A stretch of DNA of 64,000 nt from the NCBI RefSeq assembly GCF_018350175.1, contig NC_058368.1, positions 128,652,001 through 128,716,000 on the forward strand. The letters run 5' to 3'. Made by a program: the position numbers and the translations under genes. Numbering within the stretch: the first letter of the stretch is position 1; every line of letters starts with the position of its first letter. The notes beneath the pieces were generated by a model. That model did no database searches, was not told the origin of the DNA, and saw only the letters and a list, made by a program, of their open reading frames with translations. The stretch comes from Felis catus. Taxonomy: Eukaryota. This document shows positions 53,884 through 64,000 of this stretch, in pieces.

Positions 53884-54335
53884 AATATTTTAGAAAATAT
53901 AACTGAACAGAAATTGAATTAGATTCAAGTGCTCAAAATCATGAGGATATGTTGTATCTATCAGATGACTCTACCTACCTTCACATTAGTTTTATTCATA
54001 TATAGGTTTTCTCCACACTGTAGAATTTATGGCCCCAGCAGTTTGAGGTCTGTCTGGTCTTTATAACTTAGGATCCTTAGAGGTTGAGAGTCTTTCCTGG
54101 ATGCTCCAGCAAAATTTGTAGGGAAATGCTGATTGGCCGAGCGGTGTCATGTGCCCAGTCCCTTTTTTGTGATTAAAGGTTTGTAATACTACGTCCAAAT
54201 TTAGTTCACATTCCCACCTCTAGCTGGAGGGGTAATAGCATCCCCTCAGGCCCACCCACACCCCGCCAATCTCAGTGGACAGAGGAGGATCACAAGGAAT
54301 GAAATAGTGAATGGTTCCCCAAAGAAAGGATTTCT

Positions 54336-54554
54336 TTTTTTTTTTTTTTTAATGTTTTTATTTATTTTTGAGACAGAGAGAGACAGAGCATGAACGGGGA
54401 GGGTCACAGAGAGAGGGAGACACAGAATCTGAAACAAGCTCCAGGCTCTGAGCTGTCAGCACAGAGCCCGACGCGGGGCTCGAACTCACGGACTGTGAGA
54501 TCATGACCTGAGCCAAAGTCAGACACTCAACCAACCGAGCCACCCAGGCGCCCC
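54336..54554 (-). mobile_element. Felid CanSINE
   Basis: TSD AAGAAAGGATTTCT at 54322-54335 and 54555-54568. Confidence 0.96.
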
Positions 54555-54789
54555 AAGAAAGGATTTCTAAACATAAAAGACATCAGAATACAGTGTGGTT
54601 ACAAAGGTTTTTCAGTTAATATAAACATGAAATAAGAGGGGCCTGGATGAGAGTGGTGGTGCAAACATTAAAATAAAAGGAACAGATCAGAGTATATTTT
54701 TGGTGTTGAAAAGTTGGCACTGTTGGGGAGGGAGCTAGTAGTAAAGTCAATTTATATTTTTAAAAAATAGTCTTAAGAATTTTCACTTG

Positions 54790-55933
54790 TGGCTCACAGC
54801 TCCTCAGGGCAGCAGCTGCTGCTTGGGTGCAGAGGTGAGTGAGCTGTGAGCCTAGCTGGCTTGCACAGAGCCATGGCCCAGCACCACCACCCCACTGCCT
54901 CTCATGGCTTTGCATCCCAGATGCAGTGCAGGTGCTGAGTCGCCCCTGCCAGAATGGTGGTGAAGTTTCTCCCCAGGCCAGAGAGTGCTCTGGAGTTCCT
55001 GGGACCAAGTGTTCATAGCCTTATGGGAATGGTACCCAAATCCCTATAGCAAATGTGTCTTGACAGAAGACACAGTGCACCTGCAGGTGACCTCTGACCA
55101 AAAGCTCCTATCCTAGCATCTCCTGACAGAGACCAATAGGGTACCCTGCTGGGCCCAGTGGCTGTTTCCTACCAGTGTTGCTCACTCAGTGTACATCCTA
55201 GAGGATTCTGTTGTAGAACAGCAGAACCAGACTGACCACACCCAGCTGACGGTGGAGGAGGAGCAATGTATTTGCTGTGTGAATTCTGATAAAAGCGACT
55301 GGACTGAAATCCAGCAGGAAGCATGGGTCTCTAGCTTATTTGGTGTCTCTAGAACTGTCCACAATTGTCCGCCTTTTCTTCTTTTGCCAGAAATTTGGCC
55401 TTGCCCAGTTCAGAAGTAGTGTGGCTAAGATTGTGAAAGGATTTCAATACATCTTGGAGCTGCACAGTGAGACCCCTTCCAAAACCCTTGGTGAGACAGC
55501 CAAGGAAGCCAAGGAGGAGACAAAGGAGAAGGCACTGGCAGCTATAGAGAGGGCTAATGACCTTGCCAGCAAGGCAACCACCAGGCAGCAGCAGTTTGTG
55601 TGGCTAGCCCAAGCCCTGGTGCAGTAAGACACCTGACCATCTGGCTCAAATCCCTGTGCCCTTTATACCTTATACTTTATTATCTTTTTAAGTTTATTTA
55701 TTTTGAGAGAGAGAGAATACGTGCACACACGTGTGTTTGTGTGGGCGGGGGAGGGGCAGAGAGAGAGGGAGGGAAAGAATCCCAAGCAGACTCCATGTTG
55801 TCAGTGCAGAGCCCAGCACAGGACTCCATCCCAGGAATGGTGAGATCATGACCTAAGGCCACATCAAGAGTCAGATGCTTAACTGACTGAGCCACCAGGT
55901 GCCCCACCTTGTACTTTATTAAGTCAACTTCCA
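54790..55933 (+). pseudogene. PRELID1: Processed pseudogene of PRELID1 (PRELI domain-containing 1), with CpG-decayed 5' UTR, disabled CDS (~54954-55603) and part of the 3' UTR interrupted by a SINE
   Basis: Conceptual translation gives SSWDQVFIALWEWYPNPYSKCVLTEDTVHLQVTSDQKLLS*HLLTETNR, AHSVYILEDSVVEQQNQT, CVNSDKSDWTEIQQEAWVSSLFGVSRTV and FGLAQFRSSVAKIVKGFQYILELHSETPSKTLGETAKEAKEETKEKALAAIERANDLASKATTRQQQFV, matching PRELID1 as I recall it. No full introns. Lesions: frameshift near 54975, TAG at 55114-55116, ~8-codon deletion after NQT, 28-nt insert at 55363-55390, stop changed to TGG. The symbol names the parent gene. Confidence 0.93.
55685..55905 (-). mobile_element. CanSINE inserted in the 3' UTR of the PRELID1 retrocopy
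   Basis: Antisense SINEC; near-TSD ACCTTATACTTTATTA/ACCTTGTACTTTATTA. Confidence 0.92.
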
Positions 55934-56149
55934 GGGAACCTGGGTGGCTCAGTCAGTTAAGTCTGTGACTCTTGATCTCCACTCAAGCCATGATCTCATG
56001 GTTCATGAGATCAAGCCCCATGTAGCTGTTAGCGCAGAGCCTGCTTGGGATTCTCTCTCTCCCTTTCTCTCTCTGCCCCTCCCCTGCTTGCATTCTTTCT
56101 CTCTCTCTCAAAATAAATAAATAAACTTTTTTAAAAAAAGATTAAAAAA
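55934..56149 (+). mobile_element. CanSINE
   Basis: TSD AAGTCAACTTCCA at 55921-55933 and 56150-56162. Confidence 0.94.
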
Positions 56150-58108
56150 AAGTCAACTTCCAAATTTTTTTTCTCATTTGTGATATAAAACATAGCATTT
56201 GTCAACCTAAACATAAAAATGTAGTGTTAAGTATATTCCTATTGTAAAAACAACTGAAGTTTTTAAATTAGGAAATGAGTAAAATGATAGTACTATCAAA
56301 GGATTTCAGAGATTTGAAAGGAAAAGCAGTAGAAGATAGGGAGAGATGGATTTCATAACTACTGATGGAACAGGCAAGATCATAGTTTTCCAAAGTCTTG
56401 GGGAGCCAATAAAATAGTGCTGGAAAGATGATTTGCAAGGCAGGAATATAGTTAACAGTGAGGAGAAGGTCATACACCTAGGCACTGGACATCAGCATTA
56501 GACAGTTCTCAGAGTATGGGAATAAGGTCTGTCTTTTTACCAAGAATAGCCTGTGTCTAGGCAGGTAATAACAGTTAGTTATAATATTTATGAGCAGTGA
56601 TTGGTCTTTCCCTGCCTTAAAAAATTGGACTCAAATTAGGATTTCAGGAGAAATTTCTAGAACTGAGATGCAGGGCATAGACCAAGGGACAAAAACACTT
56701 TGCTACTTAATTGGTACCAGCAAGAAAAGTGACTTCATAGTAACCAATTTGCTTGAGCAATCATACATGTTTCTCCTGCTTCAGCACAAAATTTCCTCAA
56801 ATGGAAACTTACAGGGCTTACCACAAAGATAGGACTTTAAGGATTAGATATTAAAGACACATTACAGGAAGATATAGAACTCTCTATCACAGAAGCATAA
56901 GGACAGCCAAGTAAAGCATTGCTTCAAATAAAAGTTCATGATTAGAGCTCATTAAGTGATTAGAGTTATAGATGTTGTCCTAGTAGTTTTCATCATAGAG
57001 ATAAAAGTCAAAATAATTGGAGCTGTTCCCACCTGTATCACTGGTGTAGCTTTAATGAGCCACTGCAAAATAGCAATGGACCTTCTCATTATTATCAACA
57101 AATATTTGAGTGTTCCCCTGCGTGTAGGGCAAGATCCAAATTCCATAGGACAAGGCAGATGTTTATCAACTCTGAAGACGGGAGGGAAATATTTGAAGTA
57201 TTGCTTTGTATTAGCATTCTTTTATTTGCCTTGGAAGCCACAGTGAAAGACTTAATACTTCTATATGTTTTAGTATTATAACAAGTTTCCAACCTACAAA
57301 TTACTTGAATTCCAAAAGTTCTATGTAAGCAGCTCGTTTAAATTCAAATTTGTGTTATAAATGGAAGTTAGTTTTCATAATAGTTCACATCCCTTTTAAT
57401 CCACAGTTCATGTGAATTGCTGCACATTAGCAAAAACACATACTGGTTAGCAATGGAATCAAGAGAGATGCAATAACTCTACAGGTTTTAAAAGGAGAGA
57501 TGGAGAAAAAATATGTATATCTGTGAGGAAAAAAATTGTTTTCAAATAGATTTCACTCAGCTGAAAAATTTTAGATCATGACCTGAGCATGATCTATTGG
57601 ATCATCAATAGATAAGCATCATCTATTGGATCCCTTTGGAGCCAATAGATGGTGCTGTTGTCACACAATAGTTGGGTTGCTCTTAATTCTCAAGACAAAG
57701 GGAGGTTGTGGGAAGTATATGCAAAGTGGTTTTAAACTGTGTTGTTAAAGGAAGCAGAAAAAAAATAAGAGAGGCAGTATGAACTTGGTTATATGTGGAT
57801 GATATCGACACATCAGGTTTTGTAGCAAAGAAGGTGACTCTCCTGGTATATTTTCTTAAATTTATGCGTGAAAATTAGATATAATTGAAAGCACACCTTT
57901 TCTTATCCATAATATTTTCTTTGAGATTTAGTTTACTCAATGATTAAAAATAAAGATGGTTGTGAGAATTAAACAAGAAAAAAAGTGTCTAGTGTCATAA
58001 TTGTTGCTCAACAAATATGTTTCTGTTTATATCCTAAATGAGTCAGATACAATTAATAAACTACAGTAACATAATGTTATTGATATATTGCAAAATTAGA
58101 CTAAAATA

Positions 58109-58310
58109 GGCACCTATGTGGCTTAGTCAATGAAGCGTTCACCTCTTGATTTCGGCTCAGGTCATGATCACATGGGTTCGTGAATTGGAGCCTCATATTG
58201 GGTTTTGAGCTGACAGCATGGAGCCTGCTTGGGATTCTCTCTCCCTCTCTCTCTGCCCCTCCCCTGCTTACTCTCTATCTCTCAAAATAAATAAAAATAA
58301 ACTTAAAAAA
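58109..58310 (+). mobile_element. CanSINE
   Basis: TSD TAGACTAAAATA at 58097-58108 and 58311-58322. Confidence 0.92.
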
Positions 58311-61300
58311 TAGACTAAAATATGTGATCTCTGGAATCTTATAAAGAAGTAGGAAAGATGTTAAGCTTTGTCATTTATTGCTAAGAATAAAAAATTTTTA
58401 AGGCTGATTAGTTCATTCTTTTGTTGGTAAATATCCTGATATGCATTTACCAAGTACACCCTTGAGTAGATGTAGTCTACTTTACACACGATATATTTGG
58501 AGACACCCATCTTAAAGTAAGATTACCATTTTGCAGATCTTCACTATTTGTGACTATAGTCTTAACCTTTTTGAACATTGGTGGAAAATAAGAAATAAGT
58601 AGGGAAAAATAGCAGGGTGAATGCTCTTTATTGCAACCTTCACAAGCAAAATAGAACCAACCTTTCCTTTTTATGCTTCTATAGCCTTCCTTTTGGTGAA
58701 GTCACAGTTTATTAGCATGCCTTTCTGCCAAGAAAACTGAAGCAGAGAGCGTAGGTAAAATTTATGTCATCCAATTTTATTAGTTATTAGCCAAGGTAAA
58801 GTTTTATTGTAGAGAAAGTTAAAACTAATGACTAAAATAATGGGATACTCTAAATAAATTGCTCTTACTAGAATTACTTTATCCTTTCCTTTCCTAACTG
58901 TCTTTTCATTGCTCAGGTTGGTCTCAGACTACCTCATTTTCTCCCTCTTCCCTAGATCCTCTAGGTTTGACGGGCGGAAGGAAGTAGTTGAGAATGCCTG
59001 TCCAGTGAAGGCCTGCTTCCTTGAGGACCTGTGAATCCAAGAATTGTTCCTCTGTCTTTTCTATACAGACATTTTTCTCTCTTCCTAAGGACTTCTTGCT
59101 CCCAAGTGAGAGAATGATTTCTTGGTCAACTCTTCTTGTCTAAACACTGGAAGCAGACCTTAATTCATGCTCTAGCCTTAAATCATAGCTCCACATGTGA
59201 ATGTGAAGTAGGCCTTGTATTTCCTTGGGCTGTGGAATTGCAGGGAAAATCCTGCATTGTCTTCCACCTGATTACTTAGGAGTTTGTGACAGATTCTTTG
59301 ATAACTCTGTGACAAACAGGGGTAGAGAAAGAAGCAAAATACATGATGGTTTTTCTGCCATCCATAAGATCTTGGTTTTGTTTAGGGAACCAGTACATGT
59401 TCTTGAATGCATTTCACAGTCTCAAAAGTGTGATACTGGGTCTGAATCCAAGATTTTCACAGGGCTCCTTGGAGCTTGAGGAGTGTGAGTAGGTTGCCTT
59501 CAGGGAAGGGAAGGGGAGAAAAGATGAAGTGGTATTGTGGACCCCTGCCTCAACTATAGAAGCTCTGCTTTGAACAGTTTCATAAATTCAGCCTCTGCTG
59601 AAGATATTTTTAAAGAAAAGAGTTTGAAAATTATTGACCCTTCAACCTCTTAACAGCTGAAACCAATATTATACTCAGGAATCTGGTTCACAATTACTGG
59701 GGTAGTTCCCATTAAGCTGATGAATATCACAGTTCATTAGATGATTATGTGATTTCTTTATCAAAATATATTTCTATTCATTAATGATAAGTAGTGCCTG
59801 ATGGTAACTAAATTAAACAGATTAATGAAGGGTATTACTAATTTCATGGATTAATAAATAAATATATATTTTTTTAAATTAAGACTAATGTACCGCAAAA
59901 TGTACTCTATTTATTTTCACTGAATTAGCCATATTTGAAACTGTCATATAGTCTGTGAATTAGTAGCTAATAGTGCAATCTGTGACTCTTTTATGATCTT
60001 TGATAAAATGACCAAGTATTATTTGATTTCTATAAAACTATTTGGATCTAGAAATCAATCAAATAATCAGTCATATCTTCTATATTTCAAATCTGAAAAT
60101 AAAGTTTGAGGTAAGCCCAAGCTTTACAAGTGATCTAATTTTCTAATTATCTAAATTCTAATAATATTTGCCACTGTTTGTTTATTCTTTTAGTTTGTCT
60201 TTTTACCTCCCTATTGATATCCCCATTTGTTCAAGTTAGACTCTCAAAGTGAAAATCAAATACAGTACTTAATTATATTGGTTTATACTTAAGTATGTGC
60301 TAATTTTGAGAGGAGAAAATATTACCCCTTTTTAAGGATGAACCAGATTGGAATTTGCTTGCTTTGTATAGTGATTGTCACTAAAAATAAAATGAGTTTT
60401 CAGTCATAAATTTCCTCACTGGACTTTTTAAAACCTGGAATTTCCATATGATATATCTTAAAGCATATGTGATTTAGCTAAACATTATTTTATTTTATGT
60501 TTTTTATGTATTTATGTATGTATGTATTTATTTATTTTGAGAGAGAGAGTAACTCCAATAAGTTACACATTGGAGGTAATTTAGCCTTACAAATTCTAAA
60601 AAAGAATTGTAGAATATATTAGGTGAAAAAAATACTTTGAAAAACTGATTTCCTACACATCAATGAAAACCTAAAATGGCTGCATATCTTGTATTTCTTC
60701 ATGGAATACACAGTCATGAATCTGTCATTTGAATTTTTCCTTTTTAATGTTTACCTTTTTTGGAGCAAATGTAATTACAGCTGTACTTTTTCTCAGGGCT
60801 GAAAATTCCTTGCGGTTTGGAAAATAAATGATTTTTACACAAAAATGTTTGATTCCCACAACAATAGGAAGTAAAAGCAGTAAAATGCTAGACATTTCTA
60901 GGACCCACATGCTTGATTTGGGGATGCACTCAGAAAACCTATTTAACTTTTTATTGTAAATCATCCTAGATTAATGTAATAGATTATTCAATATATATTT
61001 GTTGGCTAAATAACATATTTTTAGGACTTTAAGTTTTTGTTTATATGTAAGATTGTTAGGGAACAATAGATAAGAGTGTTGTTCAAGCAGAAAGCACAAG
61101 CACAAATTTGCATTAGGTACATCTTTTTTTCTTAAATTATGATATTCTTCATATGTACTTTCAGACTTCACTTTTGTAAATTGTATTTATGGCTTTTAAA
61201 AATTAATGAAGTCAGATTTAAACAGTTTATTTTGGATTTTCTAAGATAGAAGCAGAGATTCCTTATGGGAAACCTGTAAGTATGGAGAAGCTAATAAGAT

Positions 61301-63065
61301 TTTAGATAATCCATTGAACTAGTTGGCCATTTTACAAATTCTGAAAGCTTATCTGGAAGGCCTCTTTAATTGGTTTTTAAAAAAGTATTACCTGCTGAGA
61401 CCTGCTGAGATAGTCATCCATGCTCATATAAATATATGTAGAATATGTGAAATTATAGAATCATCACATTTTCAAGCAGAAATGCCTCATTTGATCACTA
61501 TAGGAAAATAGTAGCTTATGATTATGAGTAAAATGTTAGTTTTTAACTGGATATCTGTAATGATACTGTACGCAAACTTTGTAAATGATGATTTTAAAAT
61601 CTTAAATGGGAAATGCTTAACGGTGGAAGTTAGTAAAAATGCTTAGGTTCAAATTCTAGCTGTACTACTTTAATTGGCTATGTACATTTGGATAAGCTAA
61701 TCATCCAGTGTCTTTTTTTCCTCATCTATAAAAGATGTTTTAAAGGCAAGAGATAATATATGGAGACACATAAATACTTCCTAACATAGCAGGCTCTTAA
61801 TAAGCAATTTTGGTTGTAATAAGTAACTTTGGTCAAATAATACTTTAAGTCATATGTGAAAATGACTTTCAGCTTAAGAATTCTTAGTACTCTTAACTAA
61901 GGTTTTTTTTTAATTTACAATGCTTCAGCATAATAAGGTTAAAATTCCCCAAATCTAACCAATAGAGTATGTGGTTCTTGTCTTTCAGTAGCCCTCACTT
62001 TCATGTATTATGCACCAACACTTCTAAGCCTCTTGTTGTATGCAAAATTCAGTCTTTTATATATCACCAGACAGACTGATTTAGAAATATCACCTGGTTG
62101 CACTGATCACTGCCACTGGGGTAGAGGGCCAGACATGAGTCAGACAGAGAGGATCTTAAACTTGGCCATCTTACCACCATTTCTTCAAGCCAGAGGCTCT
62201 TGTCAGGCATCAGAAAAGTCTCAATCTTGTTTATTTGCAGGGGGGAGAGCTATCTCAGAGATGTGTCACCTCAACCCAACCTCTTTTTCCACCCCAAAGT
62301 CACCTCCAAATGCATTTGTCTCCCCTTGCACTGTCCCACCTGTGGGAAATATTAGGCTGGAAGTAGACAGATGGTTGGAAACATCACCAAGGATTATATG
62401 TGTTTATGGGTCACAACCAATATAGGCCTCCACCTTTAATTTGGTAATGGTAGAAGAAAATCCTGCCTCCATTGTGATAGATACCTAATGAGTTTTGAAG
62501 CTTCAAAATTTAAAAATTAAAGGCTGCCCAAATATCTTCCCTTGCCTATGAGGATGCATTAGGGAAGGAGCAGTGGTCTAGAAAAGGAGAGATGCCTAAG
62601 CCTGCTGTTTAATTCTTCAGGAGACTTGGTGTCACCTGCCTGTGACTGGTACCTGTCAAGGGTCTTACCTACAGGGTAACTAAGACCATAGGATGACACT
62701 ATTTATAGGTACCAAATTAGAAATTTTGTAATTCCTAACCCAACCATCTTTTAATATGTAAGTCTTGTTCACCTTTCAGATGTGTAAGAACACCCTATTT
62801 GCAGAGGAAAGAGGAATTATTTCCAAATAAAAACAAAACCAAAATCCTCTTCCATTATGGATGCTTACTGGAGCTCGTCTTTATCTTTATGGTTACAAAA
62901 TGATGGTATTTCAGCTCTGGCCCTTGTTCTATACATTTATTATTCAGCACTGTGGTAAAGCAATAGCTCTTTTATCTCCCCCAATTTATTTTTTTATCCA
63001 TCTATTTATCTATATCTTTTAGTGGTTTGGCTTTATGGATTCCTTTGTTTTCTTAGTAGAACATT

Positions 63066-63775
63066 TAGTTCTCAAGCATTTTGGTCTCAGGATCTCTTTC
63101 ACTCTTCACAATTATTGACAGAGCTTTGTTTATAAGATATGTATTAATATTTATATTTAAACTAAAACCAAATTTTTAATTATTTTAATATTCTTTAAAA
63201 TTAAAACTAGTAAACCTATTACGTAAAGAAAATATTTTTTGTTGTTTACATAAAGAATATATATTTTATTTATTCATTCATTCATTCATTCATTCTTTTG
63301 AGAGAGAGAGAGAGAGAGAGAGTGTGCACGCACGTGCCCTGGTAGGGGCAGAGGGAGAGGAAAAGAGAGAATTTTAAGCAGGCTTCACACCTAGGGCAGA
63401 GCCTACTGTGGAGCTCAATCTCAGGACCATGAGATCATGACTTAAGCTGGAATCAGGAGTTAGATGCTTAACTGGCTGAGCCACCCAGGCAACCCCCCAA
63501 AAATATATTTTTGATCAGAAATAATGATACATACCCAAACAGAAACATTTAGAGAAAGGGGTAGCATTGCTTTATGTTTTACAAATCTCCCTGATGTCTA
63601 ACTTAATAAAAGATAGCTGGATTTTTTCATATCTGCTTCTTTATTCAGTCTGTTGGTATATCACATACATGTAGCTTCTAGAAAACTATGTTCACAAAGA
63701 ATGGAAGTGAAAAAGGCAAATAATGTTCTTAGTATTGTTACTAAAATAGTGTTGGCCTCTCATTCCCTTTAAAAA
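63066..63775. mobile_element. hAT-Charlie DNA transposon fragment (Charlie1-like), interrupted by a SINE
   Basis: TTCTCAAGCATTTTGGTCTCAGGATCTCTTT; TTTACAAATCTCCCTGATGTCTAACTTAATAAAAGATAGCTGGATT; AAAAAGGCAAATAATGTTCTTAGTATT. Confidence 0.65.
63265..63498 (-). mobile_element. CanSINE inserted in the Charlie-like element
   Basis: (ATTC)n and (GA)n tail; GAGCCACCCAGGCAACCCC head. Confidence 0.9.
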
Positions 63776-63789
63776 GGTAACATATTGTT

Positions 63790-64000
63790 GGGGTGCCTGG
63801 ATGGCTCAGTCGGTTGAGCGTCCGACTTTGGCTCAGGTCATGATCTCACAGATGGTGAGTTCAAGCCCCACATCGGGCTCTGTGCTGACAGCTCAGAGCC
63901 TGGAGCCTGCTTCGGATTCTGTGTCTCCCTCCCTCTATCCCTTCCCCGCTCATGCTCTCTCTCTGTCTCTCAAAAATGAATAAATGTTGAAAAAAAAAAA
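63790..64000 (+). mobile_element. Felid CanSINE, with its A-tail running to the window end
   Basis: GGGGTGCCTGGATGGCTCAGTCGGTTGAGCGTCCGACT...AATAAATGTTGAAAAAAA. Confidence 0.96.

Noticed and set aside
55189..55627. ORFs of 76 and 95 aa as functional genes
   Set aside because: They are frameshifted pieces of the PRELID1 pseudogene, with non-ATG starts and an upstream stop.
62003..62425. 140-aa ATG-initiated ORF
   Set aside because: No recognisable domain, promoter context or splice structure; compatible with a chance ORF.
9108..63983. Family of similar short ORFs (MAQSVKRPT...SLEPASDSVS)
   Set aside because: These are translations of CanSINE copies, not a gene family.

Overview
This is mammalian, non-coding, AT-rich genomic DNA. 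About 30 tRNA-derived CanSINE/SINEC copies (GGGGCGCCTGGGTGGCTCAG head, CT tract, A-tail) and carnivore-type L1 3' ends point to a felid or feliform carnivore. I found no intact protein-coding gene or convincing exon. Nearly all ORFs in the track are chance ORFs or SINE/L1 translations. The recognisable protein-derived sequences are a decayed processed pseudogene of PRELID1 (about 54790-55933) and L1 ORF2 3' ends, including a young 5'-truncated copy at 18885-20151 with a 15-bp TSD. The rest is older L1, L2, MIR, MaLR/ERVL LTRs, hAT DNA transposons, microsatellites and some repeat-free stretches that may be conserved regulatory DNA. Repeat orientation bias suggests a large intron of a + strand gene (inference). 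I cannot support a new multi-gene system here. The most unusual items are: a 28-nt splice-acceptor-like insert in the PRELID1 retrocopy, a telomere-repeat/37-bp-spacer dimer at an L1 truncation point, three fold-back templated-insertion scars, and an old ~200-bp local duplication. Repeat subfamily names come from recalled consensus motifs and need a RepeatMasker/Dfam check.
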